Virus record (IMG/VR): IMGVR_UViG_3300036783_000017
Coordinates: 1-43,098 of that record
Strand: one strand, 5' to 3'
DNA: 43,098 bases
From: a virus
Lineage: Duplodnaviria; Caudoviricetes
Shown piece by piece: positions 36,740 through 43,098 of this stretch; the stretch's first letter is position 1; each line of letters opens with the position of its first letter. The translations under genes and the position numbers were made by a program. The notes under the pieces were generated by a model. The model had not been told where the DNA came from. It worked only from the letters and a program-made list of their open reading frames with translations, and made no database searches.

Positions 36740-37353
36740 CGGACAAAGACTTTCCGGGGCAACTGATCACCGAAGCGGGCGGGTTCACGTTCAAGCACGA
36801 CCCGGGGGCCACGGGCGGGAAGGTGTACGCCGGACACAACTTGCGCGGTGACTTCATGGTCATTGACGTAGGCGACGAGAACACCCCCACCGGGGTCTAC
36901 GTGAGGGCTTGGAAGCGTAGTGACTTCCTGTTTGCCGACACGTACGAGGGGGCGGCAGCGTGCGTCATCGCGTACCAGTACGGCACGGAAGCCGCCAACC
37001 GCGACGAGGCGCCCGAAGAGGGCACGCCGGAAGGTGACGCGCTCGCCAAGTGTGCTGAGCCCCTGTGCGGCCGTGAGCGGCCCCGCTGGACGCTCGACAA
37101 GGTGCGCGGTCGGCTCGTGTGCTCCCCGGCGTACGCCATGAGCTGTGGACGCTGCCACCCGTCCGACTCGTACGCAGTCCACTACACAGAAGACGAGCAC
37201 CGACACGACCCGATGCCGGAAAGTCACGTGATCTGTGGCATCTGCAAGGGCGACCGGCCGATTGCCGACATGCACGTCTACGGCAAGGCGTACATGTGCA
37301 AGACCCACACCACCGACGAGGTAGACACGTGGGTTAGGGCTCAGCCCCTCTAG
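36736..37353 (+). CDS. Cys/His-rich hypothetical protein
   Basis: ATGA overlap and GGGGAG RBS; C-terminal CGIC...CKTH..DEV..WVRAQ. Confidence 0.7.
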   Translation: MTDKDFPGQLITEAGGFTFKHDPGATGGKVYAGHNLRGDFMVIDVGDENTPTGVYVRAWKRSDFLFADTYEGAAACVIAYQYGTEAANRDEAPEEGTPEGDALAKCAEPLCGRERPRWTLDKVRGRLVCSPAYAMSCGRCHPSDSYAVHYTEDEHRHDPMPESHVICGICKGDRPIADMHVYGKAYMCKTHTTDEVDTWVRAQPL

Positions 37354-37373
37354 CCGTCCGTCTGAGTGCCTAC

Positions 37374-37409
37374 TAGCCCCGTCCGGCCCCGTGGTTGGGC
37401 GGGGCTTTC
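37374..37409 (+). terminator. Terminator-like hairpin, repeated at ~37972-38008
   Basis: AGCCCCGTCCGGCC...GGTTGGGCGGGGCT followed by TTC. Confidence 0.65.
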
Positions 37410-37429
37410 GCTTAACCAGGGGAGAGGGA

Positions 37430-37951
37430 ATGAGGGGAAGAAAAGAGACCCGACGCGCTGAGGTGACCGGTTGTGGTTCCGGTGGCCAGTCACGGCCGGG
37501 CGTAGCCGACTTGGTCACCATGAACCTAGTGATCACCGGAAATAAGGACACTGACCGCCCGGTGCAAGCACTCATGACGCCGGACAAGGCGCGCCAATGG
37601 GCAGCGTTGCTTATCCGCATGGCGGACATGGTTGACGACCGGTTCCTACGGAACGTCAAGCCACCGGTGAAACGAGAGGTACCCGCATACTTCCTAGTCA
37701 GCACCAACGGGGACGCGTACGAGCACGCTGCCCACGGGCCCCGCACGGTATGCGGCACGGCAGCACTGGAACCAACGGGTGGCACGGGCTTGCCCAACTG
37801 CCCCAACTGCCTTGACGGGCTTGAGGTTGAGTGCTTGCTGTGTGGCGAACCCCGCCGGGCCCATGAAGTGGACCAGTACCGGCATGGCTTGTTCTGCAAG
37901 ACGCATCCGGTAGACGACGTGCGCGAGTGGGTTAAGGCTCAGCGGCCCTAG
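37430..37951 (+). CDS. Cys/His-rich hypothetical protein with a C-terminus paralogous to the previous gene (start uncertain)
   Basis: GGGGAGAGGG before the ATG; CLLC...CKTH..DDV..WVKAQ. Confidence 0.65.
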   Translation: MRGRKETRRAEVTGCGSGGQSRPGVADLVTMNLVITGNKDTDRPVQALMTPDKARQWAALLIRMADMVDDRFLRNVKPPVKREVPAYFLVSTNGDAYEHAAHGPRTVCGTAALEPTGGTGLPNCPNCLDGLEVECLLCGEPRRAHEVDQYRHGLFCKTHPVDDVREWVKAQRP

Positions 37952-38078
37952 GCGCTCGTCTAAGCCCCTCTCAGCCCCGTTCGGCCCCAGTGGTCGGGCG
38001 GGGCTCTCTCATGCCCGCAGACGGGCGTACAGCGTCTCTCAGCGGGTGCGGAGTGGCAACGCTTCCAATGACGCCCAA

Positions 38079-38186
38079 GTGACGAAGTGACGAAATGACG
38101 AGTATCTGTGTTCCACCCATACACAACTCATCTATCTCTTCTGTGGCCCCAAACCCGAAGCCACGTCACCACGTCACTTCGTCACC
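38079..38186. repeat. Iteron element copy 2
   Basis: GTGACGAAGTGACGAAATGACGAGTATCTGTGTTCCACCCATACA...CCACGTCACCACGTCACTTCGTCACC. Confidence 0.75.
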
Positions 38187-38187
38187 C

Positions 38188-38206
38188 GGAATCCCTCCCC
38201 CTCAAG
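38188..38206 (+). promoter_or_regulatory. Phage-specific promoter-like motif at the head of the early replication operon
   Basis: GGAATCCCTCCCCCTCAAG. Confidence 0.7.
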
Positions 38207-38246
38207 CCCATGTGTAAGCACACCAAGCCCGGAAGGGGCAACACAC

Positions 38247-39089
38247 ATGGGCAACGTCCGCACTATCCAGCGTTCCGGCAGCCGGTTCTACATTGACCCG
38301 GAAGACTCCACCATCAAGCGGCCCGGCGTAACGTCGATTATCTCGATGCTCCCGAAGCCGTTCCTTGCATTCTGGAACGCGAAGATGGTTGCCGAACTGG
38401 CCGTTGACTCGTTCGGCTTCATTCGGGAGATGAGCGAGACCGCCGGTCGTGACGCTGCGGTTGATTACCTCAAGGGTGCCGCGCGCCGGTACACCAAGAC
38501 CCGTGCCGACATTGGGTCGGACGCGCACGACATGTTTGAACGCATGATCCGTGGTGAGTTCGTGGGCCACGTCCACCCGGACCTTGAGCCGTACCGCGCC
38601 CACTTCGCGGCCTTCCTTGAGGCGGTCAATCCTGAGCTTGTCCGGGCCGAAGACGTGGCGTGGTCTGAGACGCACGACTACGCCGGATCGTTTGACGCCA
38701 TGCTGCGGGTGTGGCTGGACGATGACGGCAAGGTGACCCCGGACCGTTCCGGAACGCCTCACCTGCTTATTGCTGACTGGAAGACGAGCAAGAGCACTTA
38801 CGCCGACGTGGCGTTGCAGATGGCTGCCTACGCGCACGCCGATTTCATCATTGACCCGGACGGCAACCGAGAGCCCATGCCTGAGTTTGACGGCGCGGTT
38901 GTCCTCCACATCACGCCGGATCAGTGGGCCCTTAAGCCGGTCCGCATTGACGCTGACGTGTTCGCCGTGTTCCTCACGCTGCGGAAGGTCTTCACGTGGG
39001 ACCGGGAGACCTCTAAGACCGTGATCGGTCGGGCTCTCGCAAAGTCCACGGGGAAGCTTGTTACCGGCACTCAGCGCCGGGCGCGCTAG
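38247..39089 (+). CDS. PD-(D/E)XK exonuclease (Cas4/RecB-like)
   Basis: PGVTSII, GSDAH, YAGSFD, IADWKTS, LQMAAY. Confidence 0.88.
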   Translation: MGNVRTIQRSGSRFYIDPEDSTIKRPGVTSIISMLPKPFLAFWNAKMVAELAVDSFGFIREMSETAGRDAAVDYLKGAARRYTKTRADIGSDAHDMFERMIRGEFVGHVHPDLEPYRAHFAAFLEAVNPELVRAEDVAWSETHDYAGSFDAMLRVWLDDDGKVTPDRSGTPHLLIADWKTSKSTYADVALQMAAYAHADFIIDPDGNREPMPEFDGAVVLHITPDQWALKPVRIDADVFAVFLTLRKVFTWDRETSKTVIGRALAKSTGKLVTGTQRRAR

Positions 39090-39091
39090 CT

Positions 39092-39157
39092 GGAATCCCT
39101 TGCCCTCTAGGGCAAATAGGAAGGGACGAGGGGTTGAGCCCCTACTACTTGAGTAGG
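39092..39157 (+). promoter_or_regulatory. Promoter-like motif (39092-39110) followed by an operator (39141-39157, reverse orientation)
   Basis: GGAATCCCTTGCCCTCTAG; CCTACTACTTGAGTAGG. Confidence 0.75.
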
Positions 39158-39218
39158 TGAGTTTCCCCCTCGCCCCTCTCCCCAACACCAGCATCCCCGT
39201 ACTGAGGAGAGAGACCCT

Positions 39219-39926
39219 ATGGCGCTCAAGATTTGGGACACCGACCCCAACAACAAGCCGAAGCCCCGTCAGACGTTCAGTGATGACACGGTGGGCCGGT
39301 TCCACTCCGGTAGGTCCGTGGACGGTCAGCCGGAAGCGCTCAGTGAGTGGCGCATTTCCACGGGTGACCCGGAGGTTGGTAAGGCGGTCGCTCAGCTCTT
39401 CGGCGGTACGCCGGTTGAGGACGAAGAGAGCACGTCTGAGAACTACATTGACGTTTTCACTGAGCGTGAGAGTGTCACTGTCATTCTGAGCGGCCCCGGT
39501 GCCATCAAGGATGACATGAAGCTGTGGAACCGAAGCAAGCTCGTTCATCACTGCGACGGCGTTTCGTTCCTGTCCCCGGACGAGCGGAAGGGTAAGCCGT
39601 GCGGCTGCCCTGAGCTGTTCGCGGACCGCAAGCAGGCAGCGCGGGACCTTATGGGCCCGTCTCCGTCCATTGACATCTTTTTCCGTCTGGCCGATGACCC
39701 GGAGCTTGGTGTTTTCAAGTTCCATTCCGGCGCGTGGACGCTTGCCGCTGTTCTTCACGAGTACGCCAATGACCTTGAGCGCATCGGCGGTGAGGCCGTG
39801 GCCGAACTCGGGCTTGAGCTTGTTGAGTTCACCATCAAGAAGGGGCCCAAGAAGGGTCTTCACGTGAGCTACTACAAGCCGGTTCTTGAGCGCATCCGCT
39901 CGTACAACGACGCGATTGCGGAGTAA
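39219..39926 (+). CDS. phiC31 gp3-like protein (recombination directionality factor / replication protein)
   Basis: [50 protein letters not shown] closely resemble phiC31 gp3 as recalled. Confidence 0.88.
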   Translation: MALKIWDTDPNNKPKPRQTFSDDTVGRFHSGRSVDGQPEALSEWRISTGDPEVGKAVAQLFGGTPVEDEESTSENYIDVFTERESVTVILSGPGAIKDDMKLWNRSKLVHHCDGVSFLSPDERKGKPCGCPELFADRKQAARDLMGPSPSIDIFFRLADDPELGVFKFHSGAWTLAAVLHEYANDLERIGGEAVAELGLELVEFTIKKGPKKGLHVSYYKPVLERIRSYNDAIAE

Positions 39927-39932
39927 CGAGCC

Positions 39933-40118
39933 GTGAGTAATACCTACCTCCCCGGAAGCGTCTTGGGTGATCTCCCGAGCCTACTCAAGGCGCTTCCGGA
40001 TGAGGCTATCCGCGCCCCGCTATGGGCGTGGAAGCCGAACGAGATACCCGCCGTGATTCATGAACGCCGTGTTCGCTTCGGAATTGACGAAGAGACCGGC
40101 GACCCCGAATACAGCTAG
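39933..40118 (+). CDS. Hypothetical protein
   Basis: Operonic spacing. Confidence 0.65.
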   Translation: MSNTYLPGSVLGDLPSLLKALPDEAIRAPLWAWKPNEIPAVIHERRVRFGIDEETGDPEYS

Positions 40119-40130
40119 GAGAGAGCACAC

Positions 40131-40451
40131 ATGGCCCTGTATGAGATCACCCGCACCGACGAGGTTGCGCCCGGTGAGTTCGTGTCCGCGTACGTCATCG
40201 CGGGCGGTTCTGCCCTTGCGCGGTCTCGGGTGCAGCACCTTTCCGGCGTAGCCGCGAAGGGTAAGAACCTTCACGCTGAGCGCGTGGACACCGCGAAGGT
40301 TGACCTACTGCTCAGCGTCTACTTTGACGAGCGCGACCCCGCCCCGGCGGTGGACGACGTGGACGACGTTCCGGCGTTCCCGTCCGATGACGAGCCGTTC
40401 ACTGAGGTGGACGCGGCCCCGGTCCCCGTCCCCGCCCCGAACTTCCTGTAA
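40131..40451 (+). CDS. Hypothetical protein
   Basis: AGGAGAG RBS. Confidence 0.75.
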   Translation: MALYEITRTDEVAPGEFVSAYVIAGGSALARSRVQHLSGVAAKGKNLHAERVDTAKVDLLLSVYFDERDPAPAVDDVDDVPAFPSDDEPFTEVDAAPVPVPAPNFL

Positions 40452-40539
40452 GGCCAAGCCTCTTGCCCGTCTCCGGTTCGCGCCGGGGTCGGGCCTTGAG
40501 GCGTTAGGGGGACGTTCCCCCGGGCAGGAGAGATGCGGC

Positions 40540-40830
40540 ATGGGTAAGCGTGGGGTCATCACTGACTATGCGGGTGAAGAGCTGTACGCGGGGGATCTTG
40601 TGGTATACGCGGCCCGGCAGGGAAATCGGGTGCGCATGACTGACGCTGTTGTCCGTGAGGTCACGGCGCGACTTGAGGCGGGCAGGCTTCGGCCCATGCT
40701 GCGTGTGCAGCCGACCGGCACTGAGTCCGGGTTCACGAAGCGGCGTTCCCTCCGTCAGGAGTGGATCAGCGCTGAGCATGTCCGGCTAGTCACGCCGGAA
40801 GTGGTGGACGTGTCGGACGTTCAGGAGTAG
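40540..40830 (+). CDS. Hypothetical protein (MGKRGVITDYAGEEL...)
   Basis: AGGAGAG RBS before ATG 40540. Confidence 0.75.
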   Translation: MGKRGVITDYAGEELYAGDLVVYAARQGNRVRMTDAVVREVTARLEAGRLRPMLRVQPTGTESGFTKRRSLRQEWISAEHVRLVTPEVVDVSDVQE

Positions 40831-40895
40831 GCAACGAAGACCCGGGGTCGGACGGAAACCAACTAGGTTCCGTCCGGCCCCTTTTGGCGTTGGCA

Positions 40896-40912
40896 CCTAC
40901 TCAAGTAGTAGG
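40896..40912 (+). promoter_or_regulatory. Operator, preceded by a terminator-like hairpin (~40845-40885)
   Basis: Perfect 17-mer; GGGGTCGGACGGAA...TTCCGTCCGGCCCC followed by TTTT. Confidence 0.85.
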
Positions 40913-40927
40913 TGCGGAAGGGGAGTT

Positions 40928-41107
40928 ATGGACAAGGTGGCGAAGGGTGGGGCAACCCCCGCCATGGGGGACGTGCGACAGATGGGGGCGGGTGACACGT
41001 TGTGGCTTGACCCGGCAATCCGAGACGGTAAGGAGTGGTCCCGGTTCGTTGATGCCGTACGCCATGCGGTGACCCGTGGCGCTGACGTGAGGTGGCTACG
41101 TGGCTAA
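40928..41107 (+). CDS. Hypothetical protein, 59 aa
   Basis: Read manually; GAAGGGGAG RBS; overlaps the next start. Confidence 0.65.
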   Translation: MDKVAKGGATPAMGDVRQMGAGDTLWLDPAIRDGKEWSRFVDAVRHAVTRGADVRWLRG

Positions 41108-41612
41108 CCCGAACAAGGCGAAGGGGACCGGGTGGGAGAGTGCCGTACGCGACTACCTGAACGAGTCGCTAGGGCTCGTGGACGAGTTCGGGAAGTTCCT
41201 TGATGTGTTCTCGGCGCTGAATGTCCGGCGTCCAGCGCAAGAGGGTGCCGCAGACGTGGGGGACGTGCACGCCGTGCCGTTCATCCTGGAATGCAAGAAC
41301 GTGAAGAATCCGGCGGTGCCAACCTTTCTGCGGCAAGCGGCAGTTGAGGCAGTGAACGCCGGTTACCCGTATGGCGTGGCCGTGGTCAAGTCGGCTCGTC
41401 AGAACGTCCGCCGGGGACGAGTTCACTACAGCGTGACCACGTGGACGAGGGTGCGCCATGAACTAGGCATGTCCTCAAGAGCGTTCGCGGATCGGTACGC
41501 GTTCACGGTCTCGACTCGTGGTCTCGACACCGGCAAGTGGTACTTCACTCACGAGGTTGAGGACTTCGCGCTACTGCTCAAGGACATACGGGCGCGCCGT
41601 AACGCACGGTGA
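41100..41612 (+). CDS. Holliday junction resolvase (archaeal-type PD-(D/E)XK)
   Basis: NKAKGTGWE, DVGDV, ILECKN. Confidence 0.82.
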   Translation: MANPNKAKGTGWESAVRDYLNESLGLVDEFGKFLDVFSALNVRRPAQEGAADVGDVHAVPFILECKNVKNPAVPTFLRQAAVEAVNAGYPYGVAVVKSARQNVRRGRVHYSVTTWTRVRHELGMSSRAFADRYAFTVSTRGLDTGKWYFTHEVEDFALLLKDIRARRNAR

Positions 41613-41703
41613 TTTTAGGCCCGATGCCGGCATCGGGTGTATGTGGGCAAAAACGGACATGCCGGGCCCCGCGGTACTCACGGAATGTGACCGGGGCCCG
41701 GCT

Positions 41704-41722
41704 GGAATCCCTTCCCCTCAAG
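41704..41722 (+). promoter_or_regulatory. Phage-specific promoter-like motif
   Basis: GGAATCCCTTCCCCTCAAG upstream of the primase. Confidence 0.7.
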
Positions 41723-41748
41723 GGCCAGTGAGGCGAAGGAGAGAGCTT

Positions 41749-43098
41749 ATGCAGTTTGCTGACGTACTGGCCCGGTTTGAAGACGTGGAAGAGCAGAACG
41801 ACGGGGGATACCTTGCGGTGTGCCCCGGACACAACGACTCTCGCCCGTCGCTGAGGATTTGGCGCGGGGATGACAACAAAGTCCGGATCACTTGCCGGGC
41901 CGGTTGCGAAACGAAGAGCGTCATTGACGCCGTAAAGCTCCCGTGGTCGGCGCTGTTCAATGCGACCGGTGACGGGCTCACGGTGGCCAAGGAACGCCCC
42001 GAACTCGTCGGCCCGGCTCAGGTGGCCGCTCTCGCCACGTACGTTGACGCAACGTCCCTAGTGCTTGGCGACTACGGCAACGCGATTGCAGCCGACGCGC
42101 TGAGCTACATAGACCGCCGATTCGGTCTCGACCTTGAGACGGCAGCGGAACTCATGCTCGGCGTGGACGATGGCACGGTGTCCGGGCTGGACTTCGTGGA
42201 CTCTGCGGGAGACCGGCGTAACTACCGGTCCCGGGGGTTCCGTTCGTTCCCCCGGCTCACGGTTCCTCTCCGGGACTTCCGGGGCGTTGCCCGTGGCTTG
42301 CAGGGGCGAGACCTCACCGGGGAGTGCCCCGGTCGGTGGATCAGCCTTACCAACCCGGAAGGGGCCCGGTGGTCCCCGTACGGCGTCTTTCGCGGGCAGG
42401 GTGGCTATGGGGTAGTCATCATCACTGAGGGGCCCGGAGACGCGCTTACGGCCGTTGCCGTGGGCTATGACGCCGTGGCCGTTCGCGGGGCCGCTCTCGC
42501 CGGTAGCCCGGAACTCGTCGCTGAGCTTGCCGAAGGGCTCAAGGGTGCTCAGGTCATCGTGTGCGGTGACAACGACGATGCGGGGAACGGCTTCACGAAG
42601 CGTCTCGCTGACGGTCTCGCCGGTCACGGCGTGGACGTGTTCACGCTTGAAGTGCCGTACGAAGGTGCCGACTTGACCGATTGGCGGGAACGAGTCGGGG
42701 CCCGCCGCTTCCCGAATGAGCTTCACCAAGCTGTGAAGGTGGCCAAGCCCGTTGCCGGGAAGACCGGTACGGCTCTCGTTGACGCCGACACGGGCGCGCT
42801 CGTTCCGGACTCAGACGAGGCAGCGCGGGCAGTGCGGCTCATGGCTGAGCTTGCCGACCGCTACGGCTCGTCGGACGTGCTGAACGCTCACGCGCTCGTT
42901 GCTTTCACCGCCGGACGGATCAAGTACGCGTCCGGTCTCGGGTTCTACGTCTGGAACGGCGTTACGTGGGAGCGTTCGGAGACGCGCGTACGGCAAGCCA
43001 TCCACTACATGGGGGCCGCTCTTACGGTCGCTGCCGCTGAACAGTCGTCCGAGCATCGGGCCAACGGCGGGGACGCGAAGAACGACCCGGGGGAGCGG
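41749..43098 (+). CDS. Primase-helicase, N-terminal part (Zn-binding and TOPRIM domains); continues into 1-1288
   Basis: Read manually: AAGGAGAG RBS, CPGHND.RPSL...CRAGC, IITEGPGDAL, CGDNDDAG; no stop before the window end. Confidence 0.9.
   Translation, partial: MQFADVLARFEDVEEQNDGGYLAVCPGHNDSRPSLRIWRGDDNKVRITCRAGCETKSVIDAVKLPWSALFNATGDGLTVAKERPELVGPAQVAALATYVDATSLVLGDYGNAIAADALSYIDRRFGLDLETAAELMLGVDDGTVSGLDFVDSAGDRRNYRSRGFRSFPRLTVPLRDFRGVARGLQGRDLTGECPGRWISLTNPEGARWSPYGVFRGQGGYGVVIITEGPGDALTAVAVGYDAVAVRGAALAGSPELVAELAEGLKGAQVIVCGDNDDAGNGFTKRLADGLAGHGVDVFTLEVPYEGADLTDWRERVGARRFPNELHQAVKVAKPVAGKTGTALVDADTGALVPDSDEAARAVRLMAELADRYGSSDVLNAHALVAFTAGRIKYASGLGFYVWNGVTWERSETRVRQAIHYMGAALTVAAAEQSSEHRANGGDAKNDPGER
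42972..43098. repeat. Terminal direct repeat (copy of 1-127)
   Basis: Exact identity. Confidence 0.95.

Noticed and set aside
38247-39089. Cas4-like nuclease as evidence of CRISPR-Cas
   Set aside because: It is a stand-alone PD-(D/E)XK exonuclease in a replication/recombination operon, which is common in actinophages
38202-39863. 553-aa minus-strand ORF
   Set aside because: Antisense to two recognisable genes with no recognisable domain; the same applies to 173-1300, 3663-4574, 30917-31945 and 36715-37899
1317-40912. The 17-23-bp repeats as a CRISPR array
   Set aside because: They are dispersed, in both orientations, without regular spacers, and there is no cas operon; the pattern fits operators
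42972-43098. 127-bp terminal repeat as a biological direct terminal repeat
   Set aside because: It falls mid-gene in the primase-helicase and matches a typical assembler k-mer overlap; it shows circularity only

Overview
This window is a complete, circularly permuted temperate Streptomyces siphovirus genome of 42,971 bp. Positions 42972-43098 are an exact 127-bp copy of 1-127, which I read as assembler overlap. Essentially all real genes lie on the + strand. The early and regulatory half is organised like phiC31: a c-type repressor with nested in-frame starts, a PD-(D/E)XK nuclease, a gp3-like recombination directionality factor, a Holliday junction resolvase, a P4/D5-type primase-helicase (split by the contig ends), a family A DNA polymerase, a sigma-like activator, ThyX, dCMP deaminase, dNMP kinase and a large serine integrase. 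The late half has two HNH genes, terminase, an SPP1-like portal, a MuF-like protein, scaffold, capsid, a tail with a GGGGGAA -1 frameshift, tape measure, a collagen-repeat fibre, an amidase endolysin and a holin. Non-coding structure is rich: (i) 17 copies of a 17-bp operator, CCTACTCAAGTAGTAGG; (ii) 8 copies of a GGAATCCCT(T/C)(C/G)C(C/G)CTC promoter-like motif, several of which can also pair with downstream purine tracts, in some cases the RBS; (iii) two ~107-bp elements made of inverted GTGACG iterons; (iv) Crp-like TGTGA-N6-TCACA boxes beside operators; (v) a tRNA cluster in which three of four tRNAs are structurally abnormal. The most interesting points are these. The probable attP carries a ready-made 5' end of a conserved Streptomyces host gene, preceded by a four-gene accessory cassette that includes an anti-sigma-like ATPase. 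There are twin iteron elements. A short-armed tRNA-Leu(UAG) coincides with CTA-rich late genes. All family assignments come from motif recognition and recall; no searches were run.
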